Position numbers and translations under genes: made by a program. Below the pieces are notes generated by a model. The model was not told where the DNA came from, searched no databases, and saw nothing but the letters and a program-made list of their open reading frames with translations. 30,610 nt of DNA from Bacteroidota bacterium. Its GTDB lineage: Bacteria; Bacteroidota; Bacteroidia; Cytophagales; ES-bin-26. Of this stretch, positions 1 to 8,900 are shown piece by piece. Each line of letters begins with the position of its first letter. Position 1 is the first letter of the stretch. The stretch covers positions 12,466-43,075 of the forward strand of contig JAZKGK010000153.1 in NCBI GenBank assembly GCA_040385915.1, given 5' to 3'.

Positions 1-4
1 GGCA

Positions 5-910
5 TTAGCAGCCATTCACCAATAGTTTTTCATCCAGGAATTGCTTGGCACGCGGAATGTCCGCTTCGTCCAGGTGCTCAATGATGATGGGGATGTTGGG
101 ATAATTCTTGCTCAAGCGTTGCAGGTACAGATCGTAATTGAGCGAGCCCAAACCCGGCGCTGGCAATTCGATGGAACCTACTCCCCGCAGGGCGTGGGCT
201 TCTGTGGCGTCAATATTGGCCATTTGCACCCCTTGCGCCCCTTTCGCCCGCTTCACGTCCTTGGCATGTGAAATTTTGACTTTGTGCGACAAGGCGTTAA
301 AAATGTCATTCAACGTCTTGTCCATCTGATCAATGTTATGCTCTTCAAAATAATTGGTCGGGTCCATTAGCAAGCCCAGGTGCGGGTCGTTCACATCGGC
401 GAAGAGGCGCAAGGTTTCTTCAATCGAACCAATCACATTGTTTACGTAGGTCTCTACCAGGAAAGTAACGCCGTGTTCGCGGGAAAAATCCACCAGTTCC
501 GTAATGACGTTCCGGCAATCTTCGTAGCCTGCTTCCGTCTTGTTGGCGGGATGGTGCACCCAATCGCTGTCGGGATCAAATGTGCCAGATTCGCTGATGA
601 CATAGGGAGAACCCAAGTCGTGTGCAAACCGGATGATCTGTTTGAGGTGATCCAGGTTGGCCTTTCGCTTGGCTGCATGAGGATGCACTAGGTTGGTATA
701 GCCTGAAATGCAGCAAATGGGTAGGTTATGACGGCGGAAAGTATCCCGAATCTGATTACATTTTTGTTTGGTAATACCCTCCGTTGACAGATCGAGGTCT
801 TTGAACATCACATCCAATTGAACGGTATTAAATCCGAGAGAGCGGATGCGTTTGGCGGTTTCTTCTAATGAGTAAGGAAAATATCCAGTAAAAATACCTA
901 CTTGAATCAT
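5..910 (-). CDS. Sugar phosphate isomerase/epimerase (xylose isomerase-like TIM barrel). The ORF appears complete, with its stop near the window edge.
   Basis: 301-aa ORF. The sequence has the conserved acidic/His metal-ligand pattern of the AP endonuclease 2 / xylose isomerase-like TIM-barrel fold. It is co-oriented with the Gfo/Idh/MocA and PhyH genes, 23 bp downstream of the former. Confidence 0.7.
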   Translation of the reverse strand: MIQVGIFTGYFPYSLEETAKRIRSLGFNTVQLDVMFKDLDLSTEGITKQKCNQIRDTFRRHNLPICCISGYTNLVHPHAAKRKANLDHLKQIIRFAHDLGSPYVISESGTFDPDSDWVHHPANKTEAGYEDCRNVITELVDFSREHGVTFLVETYVNNVIGSIEETLRLFADVNDPHLGLLMDPTNYFEEHNIDQMDKTLNDIFNALSHKVKISHAKDVKRAKGAQGVQMANIDATEAHALRGVGSIELPAPGLGSLNYDLYLQRLSKNYPNIPIIIEHLDEADIPRAKQFLDEKLLVNGC

Positions 911-933
911 GGGTAGTGGATGAGTGAATGAGT

Positions 934-2046
934 TTAAGTCAAAAGTTCCTGAATCCGCACGGCCCGGTGTTCGCGGTAGGAAAGGTGGCAGGCTTCCACC
1001 AGCGCCATAGTCTTGAGGTTATCCCGACCACTGATTTCGGGCTCCCGGCCTTCCTCCATCGCACACATTAATTGCGCCATAGGTCCGGCAAAGGCATCGG
1101 GAAACCATACTTCGTCCCAACGGGGCTGGAACCACTGATTAGGCTGTTGAATGGTCGTAAAATCCAGGGTGCTGGGCGTTGGGGTAGGATAGTGGAGCCA
1201 GCCAATGGTTCCTTTCGCCATCCCTTCCGTACCTTCCACCCGCCAGTGGATATAATTATCGCTTGCGGCACCTTCGCGGGCTGGCCCCGTCCAGACGTCA
1301 TCCCAGGCGGAAGCCCGAAAACCGTTGGCATACTCCAGAATGTACAGGGCAATGCCATCCTCATGCGCAAATTTCTGGGCCGTTCGCGGGTCTTCGCTCA
1401 CGCTGGCAAACACTCTTTCCGGATCGCCGAACAAAAATCGGAAGGCATCCAGGTGGTGAATGCTCATGGTGCGCAACGTTACCCAACCCAAGGCTTCCTG
1501 CCAGGGCATCCAATGCGGAATAGCACGCATGTCAATGGAGGCGAACACGGGTCGGCCCAGCAAACCTTGATCTAACAGCGATTTACAGGCGCGAATGGAC
1601 TGATCGTAGCGCATATTCTGATTGACACCCAGCGTAATGCCCGCGTCTTCGCATAACCGAACAATTTCTTTGGCCTCCGCATAATTAACGCCCATGGGCT
1701 TTTGTGCCAGAATGCCCTTGATGTGGTCATTGTGCTTCACTGCTTCGCGGATCACCTCGATTTGAATGTCGGGCGGAACGGCAATGTCCACAATTTCTAC
1801 AGCCGGGTCTTTCAGCAGTTGCTGGTAGGTATCGTACACCCGCCTGATTCCGTGACGGTCGGCCACGACCTGGCTGTGGGAACGGTTGCGGGAGGCAATT
1901 GCCACGGGGTTAAAACCAGCCTGCCGGTAAGCAACTAACTGGCAATCGGCCATAATGAAGCCAGAACCGATGCAGCCAATGCCCATCTGCCGGTTCTGGG
2001 GCAGCTTAGGCAGGTAATCTAATTGAATATCTAGCGTTGGAGTCAT
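934..2046 (-). CDS. Gfo/Idh/MocA family NAD(P)-dependent oxidoreductase
   Basis: The Rossmann motif [11 protein letters not shown] sits near the N-terminus, and a C-terminal alpha/beta domain is typical of the Gfo/Idh/MocA family. The ORF-track frame extends to 2190, but that upstream extension would place ~70 non-conserved residues ahead of the Rossmann motif. Start chosen at Met 'MTPTLDIQ' (2046); Met at 1986 is an alternative. Confidence 0.75.
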   Translation of the reverse strand: MTPTLDIQLDYLPKLPQNRQMGIGCIGSGFIMADCQLVAYRQAGFNPVAIASRNRSHSQVVADRHGIRRVYDTYQQLLKDPAVEIVDIAVPPDIQIEVIREAVKHNDHIKGILAQKPMGVNYAEAKEIVRLCEDAGITLGVNQNMRYDQSIRACKSLLDQGLLGRPVFASIDMRAIPHWMPWQEALGWVTLRTMSIHHLDAFRFLFGDPERVFASVSEDPRTAQKFAHEDGIALYILEYANGFRASAWDDVWTGPAREGAASDNYIHWRVEGTEGMAKGTIGWLHYPTPTPSTLDFTTIQQPNQWFQPRWDEVWFPDAFAGPMAQLMCAMEEGREPEISGRDNLKTMALVEACHLSYREHRAVRIQELLT

Positions 2047-2069
2047 GTGGGTGAAGTGGGAGGGAGGTG

Positions 2070-2900
2070 CTATTTCACCTTCAACGTAATTTCGTTTTCT
2101 TTCCTCAGGAAGTCGGTTTGCTCCGACAATCCTGCGGGTGCGGAGGCAAGGATGGCATGGTCGGGTACTACCTTTACTGGTGTAATGCAAGCTTTGTTTT
2201 TCTCACGGAAGGGCACGTTATAACTCAGGTTATAGGCTGAAATGAGCGACCAGCGCGCTTTATTCGACAAGTTGGCCTCCGACATGTGCAGCAGATTGCT
2301 ATGGAAGAAAAGGGTATCACCGGGTTTTAATTCCACATATATTTTCTCACAATGCTTCAATGCTTCTTCAACAAAGGGCATATCGGCACCTTGCTGCTCA
2401 CCAGCGAACAGGTGTTCAAAACGCCCCATTTTGTGCGACCCCTTCAGTACTTGCAAACAGCCGTTTTGCTTGGTTGCATCCGTTAAAGCCACCATCACGC
2501 TGATCATTGCCTCAGGATACAGGAAGCCGTTCTTGTACCAATAACCATAATCCTGGTGCCATTCCCAAGCGCCGCCCACCTGTGGCTCCTTCTGCATCAG
2601 TTTGGAGTGAAAATGGCAGACCTCGCCTTCGCCCAGCAAGTGTTGAACCGCGTTTACCAGGCGTTCACTGCGGATCAGCAGACCATATGTATCGTCGCCC
2701 GGCGTGAACCATAGCGTCAGTTTCGTTCGTTTGCCGGCTTGATCGCTCAAATCAAACGCGTGGCTACGCATAGCCGAATCTCCTGTAGCCAACCCGTAGA
2801 GCAAATCAACTTCTTTCGGAAGTAAAAAACCTTGGACAATCAAGTAACCATCCCGGTCGTATTGTAATTTTTGTTCGGATGTTAATGTGGTGTAAGCCAT
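2070..2900 (-). CDS. Phytanoyl-CoA dioxygenase (PhyH) family Fe(II)/2-oxoglutarate-dependent oxygenase
   Basis: The 'WHQDYGYW' segment and a downstream His (in [11 protein letters not shown]) resemble the PhyH facial-triad region. Start taken at the internal Met '[20 protein letters not shown]', which is the typical PhyH N-terminus. The ORF-track start at 2942 adds 14 residues with no homology feel. Confidence 0.7.
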   Translation of the reverse strand: MAYTTLTSEQKLQYDRDGYLIVQGFLLPKEVDLLYGLATGDSAMRSHAFDLSDQAGKRTKLTLWFTPGDDTYGLLIRSERLVNAVQHLLGEGEVCHFHSKLMQKEPQVGGAWEWHQDYGYWYKNGFLYPEAMISVMVALTDATKQNGCLQVLKGSHKMGRFEHLFAGEQQGADMPFVEEALKHCEKIYVELKPGDTLFFHSNLLHMSEANLSNKARWSLISAYNLSYNVPFREKNKACITPVKVVPDHAILASAPAGLSEQTDFLRKENEITLKVK

Positions 2901-3056
2901 GATCGTACTATTTTGAGTAGACCCAAATCTGGTAATTATCACCTACTTTAACTACCACTATTTTGCCAAAAATATATACTTTTTTGACTCAATATGGAAA
3001 GAGAGGGAGAATAATGGTAAGTTTAGGTTATAAAAGTCATTTTTATACAGAGCAAC

Positions 3057-3902
3057 GTGAAACCGCTGATTCAAAAATTACCGCTTTCTGAGCAGTCGTC
3101 CTTTGTGGCTGATACGTTTATAACACCCGCTTTTGAAACGCCCTGGCATTACCACGAGGAATACGAATTAGTCTTGATTCTCCAAAGCCATGGGAAGCGT
3201 TTCGTGGGCAATCACGTATCCGACTATGCCGTGGGCGAACTTGATTTTCTGGGCTCTAACCTACCGCATTGGTACCGGAAAGAAGACACGCAAGCGACAG
3301 GAGGCTCACTGGTCATTCACTTCCGGAAAGAATTTCTAGGAAAGGATTTTTTGGCGATTCCTGAAATGCAAAAAATTGGCTTTCTGTTCGAAAAGGCGCG
3401 GATGGGGCTGCACATAGGCGGGGAAACCCGGAGGGTCATGTGCGAGAAAATGCACGAAATGCTGGAATTAACAGGCATGAATCGGCTGACCGGATTGTTG
3501 GCTATCCTCGCCATCCTGGCCGACTCCGACGAATACGAATTGCTTTCTGGCCCCGAGATGAACGAACAAAACCCCCGCGACAGCGATCGGCTGAACAAGG
3601 TGTTCGACTACGTGATGGAGCATTTCAAGGAAGAAATCCGGGTGGAGGAGGTCGCCGACCTGGCGATGATGAGTTATTCGGGCTTCTGCCGGTATTTTAA
3701 GAATCGGACGAAAAAAAACTTTTCCCATTTTGTCAACGAAATCAGGATTGGTTACGCCTGTAAACGCCTGATGGAAAGAGACAGCAGGGTGACGAGCATT
3801 TGTTACGAAAGTGGTTTTCATAACCTAGCCAACTTTTCCAAACAATTCAAAAACATTGTCAAATGTACACCCCGGCAGTTTCAATCGCGACAGAATCGAT
3901 AA
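3057..3902 (+). CDS. AraC family transcriptional regulator (cupin-like N-terminal domain plus C-terminal AraC-type HTH)
   Basis: The C-terminal 100 aa carry the two-HTH AraC signature (…EEVADLAMMSYSGFCRYFKNRTKKNFSHFVNEIRIGYACKRL…GFHNLANFSKQFKNIVKCTPRQF). The N-terminal region has a His-rich cupin-like 'PWHYHEEYELVLI'. Apparent GTG start at 3057. It is divergent from the PhyH/Gfo/TIM operon. Confidence 0.85.
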   Translation: MKPLIQKLPLSEQSSFVADTFITPAFETPWHYHEEYELVLILQSHGKRFVGNHVSDYAVGELDFLGSNLPHWYRKEDTQATGGSLVIHFRKEFLGKDFLAIPEMQKIGFLFEKARMGLHIGGETRRVMCEKMHEMLELTGMNRLTGLLAILAILADSDEYELLSGPEMNEQNPRDSDRLNKVFDYVMEHFKEEIRVEEVADLAMMSYSGFCRYFKNRTKKNFSHFVNEIRIGYACKRLMERDSRVTSICYESGFHNLANFSKQFKNIVKCTPRQFQSRQNR

Positions 3903-3996
3903 AGAGGAGTAGGTAAATTATGTCAGACTAGGATTGATAGGATGAAAGGATTATAGGAGGCTGGTTGTTTGCGTTGAGCCCATTTGTCTGCCATCG

Positions 3997-4109
3997 CTGA
4001 GCGGACGCTCAGACCCACTTTTAGTCAAGCGACCGCTTGGCTTCCCTATACATTATTCCGTAAACGCCAATCAACCATCCTACCTTCGCCTCACTTATCT
4101 GCTCCACTG
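3997..4109 (+). repeat. Copy A of a ~112-bp repeat element (palindrome-1 ctgagcg-ga-cgctcag, palindrome-2 caagcg-ac-cgcttg, then a ~60-bp tail)
   Basis: Aligns at ~85% identity over ~112 bp with 5642..5752 (same orientation), and in inverted orientation with 30461..30549. Confidence 0.8.
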
Positions 4110-4121
4110 ATTCACGCTTAA

Positions 4122-4598
4122 TCATTTTACTTTTTTATTTGGAAGATAATCTTTATAAACCGACATTCCATTGCGAGGATTCCAGCCAAGAAGATAGATT
4201 TCACCAGAAGTTTGATTCTGAACAAAAGCTTTTTGAGATAGACTATCAATTGCAGTCAATTCTGATACAAATTTGCAATTCTTATTCTGTAGAATAGCGG
4301 CAATTTTTATGCTATCAAGCTGCTTGTGGTCGATAGAATATATCGCTCTAATAAAAACAGAATTATCATTGGCTATATGCTCATAGTGAACAAAGGTGTG
4401 ACCTTCCTGCTTGATATAGTAATTAGGCCATTTAAGCAATACGAAATCGTCATCCAGCAGTTTTTCACCAGAAAGACAGGAAACACTATTGTAGAAACCA
4501 AAACTGTCTTTGGAACAACATACATCACTAAATTGGCAAGAGAAAACTATCAATAGTAAGAAAATGCAAATGGAGAATAAATTAAGGGTTTTAGACAT
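4122..4598 (-). CDS. Hypothetical lipoprotein (ORFan, AT-rich)
   Basis: 158-aa ORF. N-terminal signal peptide with a lipobox-like LIVFSC. GC content is far below the surrounding genes. No recognisable domain. Confidence 0.5.
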   Translation of the reverse strand: MSKTLNLFSICIFLLLIVFSCQFSDVCCSKDSFGFYNSVSCLSGEKLLDDDFVLLKWPNYYIKQEGHTFVHYEHIANDNSVFIRAIYSIDHKQLDSIKIAAILQNKNCKFVSELTAIDSLSQKAFVQNQTSGEIYLLGWNPRNGMSVYKDYLPNKKVK

Positions 4599-4661
4599 TA
4601 GTGTTTGATAAAATCTGGTTTTGGTTCTTTATAATGCGAATTTATTAAAGCTCACCTCTTA

Positions 4662-4688
4662 GTCTTAGCGGACGCTCAATGCTGTCAA
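4662..4688 (+). repeat. Solo terminal-repeat-like copy (gtcttagcggacgctcaatgctgtcaa) of the MITE-like element's inverted repeat
   Basis: 27/27 match to the reverse complement of the right TIR at 5625..5659. Contains the agcg-ga-cgct palindrome core. Confidence 0.7.
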
Positions 4689-4730
4689 ATGCCAAAAGAA
4701 GGGCTGGGACTAGAAGGAGAAAGCAACTAA

Positions 4731-5414
4731 TTAGTCCCATTGAAGGAGAGTAAGTTTTAGGGGTATAGCTTCGGAAGTCTTAAGCTTAATAGCCCGAACC
4801 GACATAAGTCTTAGGTCAATAGACAATGTATCCAAATCCTCTGAATCATAAATTTGTTCACTTACATAAAGTTTTTGATTTTTATTATCTAAGATGTAGT
4901 ATTCTATGTATCCTACAGGTGAGGAATAATAGCTAAATATTGACAAGCCATTATGATTGTATTTATAAATGAAATCATCTTCATTTATACTATCAATAGC
5001 TTTCACTTTCCCTATACTATCACCATTACAAATAATTAAGCAATTTGTAATTGATGAATCTTTATATTTTATATTTTCATCATAGTCAATTTTAATCAAT
5101 AAAAGATGATTGTCTTGCGCAAAATAGTCCTTGTAAAACAAAAGCTTATTTATTGGAAATTTAGAATTAATAATACCCGTCTTTAATAACACCTGATAAG
5201 CCCATAATAAACTATCCTTATTTAGTGCCATTACAGTATTAGTTTTCTTCGGTTGTTCTATCTGGGCTGTTTTTTCAACTCTCTGAATAGAGATTATCTC
5301 CGACTTTTGCATCTTTTTTGTTGTATCAGAACTACAATCAAAAGCCAATAAGATTAAGAAAAAAAGCATAATCTTCACGATTAAATTTTGCAAGATTTTA
5401 GTTAGCATCGTCAT
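4731..5414 (-). CDS. Hypothetical lipoprotein (ORFan, very AT-rich)
   Basis: 227-aa ORF. Hydrophobic N-terminus ending in the lipobox-like LLAFDCSS. About 30% GC. Asn/Lys/Ile/Tyr-rich. No recognisable domain. Start could be an internal Met (5366). Confidence 0.5.
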   Translation of the reverse strand: MTMLTKILQNLIVKIMLFFLILLAFDCSSDTTKKMQKSEIISIQRVEKTAQIEQPKKTNTVMALNKDSLLWAYQVLLKTGIINSKFPINKLLFYKDYFAQDNHLLLIKIDYDENIKYKDSSITNCLIICNGDSIGKVKAIDSINEDDFIYKYNHNGLSIFSYYSSPVGYIEYYILDNKNQKLYVSEQIYDSEDLDTLSIDLRLMSVRAIKLKTSEAIPLKLTLLQWD

Positions 5415-5448
5415 TTTTATTAATGCAAAAGTCTCAGATCAATTCTGC

Positions 5449-5659
5449 CTGGTCTTAGCGTCCGCTCAATGCTGTCAACTTAAGGATAAAAAGGTGTTTT
5501 CTTCTTCTCTGTTGTCATCCTGAGCGGAGCGAAGGACCTTGTTATGGAGTTACCACTAAACAAATAATAAGGTCCTTCGCTCCGCTCAGGATGACAATCG
5601 CCTGTATAAAGTGGTGGCCATGTTCCTTAAGTTGACAGCATTGAGCGTCCGCTAAGACC
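5449..5659. mobile_element. MITE-like nested palindromic element: 35-bp terminal inverted repeats (5451..5485 and 5625..5659; 33/35 complementary) around a 28-bp perfect inner stem (5513..5540 / 5569..5596) with a 28-nt loop
   Basis: Direct inspection. The left TIR ggtcttagcgtccgctcaatgctgtcaacttaagg is the reverse complement of the right TIR except for the central dinucleotide. The inner IR tgtcatcctgagcggagcgaaggacctt / aaggtccttcgctccgctcaggatgaca is perfect. No ORF inside. Confidence 0.65.
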
Positions 5660-5752
5660 CACCCTTAGCCAAGCGTCCGCTTGGATTGCTTTACATTATC
5701 CAGTAAACGCCAATCAACCATGCTACCCTCGCCTCACTCATCTGCTCACTGC
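5642..5752 (+). repeat. Copy B of the ~112-bp repeat element (direct repeat of 3997..4109); its 5' end coincides with the right TIR of the MITE-like element
   Basis: tgagcgtccgctaagacccacccttagccaagcgtccgcttgg…ccagtaaacgccaatcaaccatgctaccctcgcctcactcatctgctcactg aligns with copy A at ~85% identity. Confidence 0.8.
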
Positions 5753-5994
5753 TAGGATTAGTGGGAGGTAATTTGAGTACCACACCCTTTCTAATAATGG
5801 CCTAGCGTATAAACAATAGCACCTTATTTCATTGGTATGTCTACGCCACAAAAATAGCTTTAACATTTGGAAAAAAACCGCATTTTATATTGTTATTTAG
5901 GGTTTCAGGGTATGAATCTTGCGGCGATATATTTTACTTTAATAGCTCTTTCAGGGGTTGGCAGGAGTAGAGACATGCAATACTTTTTCAATTG

Positions 5995-8900
5995 ATGAAA
6001 TCACTGGTACTATTCTCTTTGTGTTTGTCCATGCTTGCCTTGAAGTTGTATGGACAGACGGATAATGTGCATTTTGAACAACTTTCTACCAAGGAGGGGT
6101 TGTCCCATAGTATCGTTACTTGCACCTTGCAGGACAAGGAGGGCTTTATGTGGATTGGTACCCAGGATGGGCTCAACCGCTTTGACGGCTACAACTTTTT
6201 GCTCTTCGAGCACGACCCTCACGACAATACCAGCATCAGCAATAACGCTATCACGTGTCTCTACGAAGATCTAGAAGGACACCTGTGGATTGGTACCGAA
6301 AGTGGATTAAATAAATTTGATAAAAAAACCAATACCTTCCAGGTCTATCGACACGACCCTGCCAACCCTCAGTCCATTAGCCACGATCTGATAAGAACCA
6401 TTTATGCAGACCGAGCCAATATTTTATGGATTGGCAATTATGCGGGGCTGAATAAATTCAATAAGCAAACCAATACGTGTATCCTCTACGAGCACGCTCC
6501 CCAACATCCCAACAAATGGGCCTATAATCAGATTAATAAAATTTATGAAGACCGGCAAGGAAATTTTTGGTTGGGCACTAACCAAGGCATCAGCCATTTT
6601 GATCGAAAATCATTTCAGTTTACCCGCTATACACTGCCAACCGTATCCAGCCATGACATTGACCCTCGACATGCAGTTAGAGATATGATGGAAGATCGAA
6701 CGGGCGTTTTGTGGGTAGCGACTACGGGTGATGGCTTGGCTGCATTTGATCGGAAGACCACCCAGTTTAAAGTCTATGTACCCCAACCCAAAGACTCCCA
6801 TAGTATAAGGAGCAGCCATATTATGGCGCTCTTGGAAGACTCTTTCGGCACGCTTTGGATAGGCACACAAGACAAAGGCTTATGTCGGTTTGACCGAAGC
6901 AAAAATACTTTCATCCATAATAAACCCAAGCCTGCTTTACTAAAGGCTACTGGCCGTGATGCGGTTACATCCATTTATGAAGACCGCTCCAAAGTATTAT
7001 GGGTAGGTACTTATGAAGCAGGCTTGAAGAAAATAGACTTGTTAAGAAAGCAGTTCGCCCATCTATTCCACGAGCCGGGAAATGACAATAGCATCCGCCA
7101 GAATGATGTAACGGCCTTGTATGAAGACCACCTGGGCGCTATTTGGATTGGCAATGGAGCAGGCTTAGATAAGTTGGATAGAAGCAACGGCCAATATATC
7201 CACTATGATTATCCCGCTCCGGCACCAAAAAATCTTTGGGAAAATAATACCACTTGTATCTACGAAGACCAGGCGGGGCATTTATGGATAGGACTGCTTG
7301 GTGGCGGCTTGAAAAAGTTCGACCGGGCAACGCACCGCTTTACCAGCTATTTACACAATCCGTCCGATTCTACTAGTTTACCGCACGCGCTTGTCAATAC
7401 GATTTATCAAGACAAACAAGGCACCCTTTGGTTGGGCACTCGTTTTGGCTTAGCCCGCTTGGAAGAAGGAAAAGGGAGATTCATCAATTATAAGCCTCCT
7501 TTTCTCAAAACCCAGGCATTTGAAATCACTAAAATCATAGAAGATTCCCAGGGCGAATTGTGGCTGGCTGCTGACCAATATGGCCTCATGAAATTCAACC
7601 CTTCAACCGGGCATTTTACCCCATATGCTTATAAGGAGGCCACCTTTCGCAGTAAGGCGACGGCGATTCACAACCTCTATGAAGATCGGACGGGGTTGTT
7701 GTGGTTATGTCTGCAAGAGGGTGGATTGCTGTGCCTGAATAGTAAAACGGGAAGCTGTCGGGCGATTATGGAACCCAAAGCCTTAACCAAGACAGTTATC
7801 AATGGCATTCTGGCAGATGGGAAAGGAGATTTATGGCTGAGCACCAGCAAAAATGGCTTGTATCACTTTAATCCGGCCACGGCAGCCCTAACCATCTACG
7901 ATGCCTTGGATGGCTTGCAGGCCAATGAGTTTAGTGGGGCTTGCTTCAAAAGCATCACTGGCGAGATGTACTTTGGAGGCAAAAATGGCTTCAATATTTT
8001 TCATCCCGATAGCATTCAGCACAATCCGTATGCGCCTCCGGTAGCCATTAGCAGCTTCAAGGTATTTGACAAGCCCCGCAACTTATCCCAAGTGATTACC
8101 CTGCCCTACTATGATAATTTCCTCTCCTTCGATTTTGTTGCCCTCAGCTATGCTTTCCCTTCCAAAAACCAATATGCGTATCAGCTCGAAGGCTTTGATC
8201 AAGAATGGGTGCAGGCAGGTACGCGCCGCTATGCTTCTTTTACCAATCTACAGCCTGGCGAGTATGTCTTCCGCGTAAAAGCGGCTAACCACGACGGGGC
8301 CTGGAATGAGAAGGGCGCTTCGGTCAAAATCATTATTTCTCCGCCCCTGTGGAGGACAGTCGGTGCCTATATACTGTATGTAGCTTTGTTTATTGCCATG
8401 ATGGATGGTTTACGTCGCTATATCATCAGTCAGGAACGGTTAAAGAATAATTTATTATTAAGTAGTTTGGAGTCGGAAAAATTGATGGAGCTAGACCAGT
8501 TGAAGTCTCGGTTTTTTACCAGCATTTCTCACGAACTTCGGACACCCTTAACGCTCATTTTAAGTCCGTTAGAAAAGAATCTTGCTTCAGCAGACAAAGG
8601 TCGTTTCTTTGAGCAGGAAGTCCGGTTAATGCACCGCAACGCCAAGCGATTGTTAGAACTGATTAACCAACTTTTAGATATTTCTAAGCTGGAAGCCAAA
8701 AAGATGCAGTGGGAGGCAACGCCAGGAGACATGATGCCTCTCCTGAAAGCAACCGTGTTTTCCTTCCTGTCTTTGGCTGAAAGCAAGCAAATCAAACTGA
8801 CGTTTGAAAGCAATCTGGAATCACTGATAACCTTGTTTGACAAAGACAAGTTGGAAAAGATTATAACCAATCTGCTGGCCAACGCTTTGAAGTTTACGCC

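Noticed and set aside
1068-1938. ORFs 1072..1575 (+), 1263..1523 (+), 1702..1938 (+) and 1068..1370 (-) inside the Gfo/Idh/MocA gene
   Set aside because: They are embedded in a well-supported CDS on the opposite strand or in another frame, with Gly/Arg/Pro-rich artefact composition.
2047-2190. N-terminal extension of the oxidoreductase ORF to 2190 suggested by the ORF track
   Set aside because: The extension would overlap the upstream PhyH gene by 120 bp. It would also put ~70 residues before the Rossmann GxGxxG, which normally lies within the first 10-20 residues.
5523-5597. Reading the tgtcatcctgagcggagcgaaggacc inverted repeat as a tiny protein-coding gene
   Set aside because: It is a perfect 28-bp palindrome with nothing suggesting selection for coding. 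Any ORF through it is mirrored on the other strand by symmetry. It is far better explained as a structural repeat.
3993-5760. Possibility that the short palindromic repeats are a CRISPR array
   Set aside because: Repeat units are not identical or regularly spaced. The intervening sequences (1.3 kb with protein-coding genes) are not spacer-like. Units occur in both orientations. No cas genes are present.
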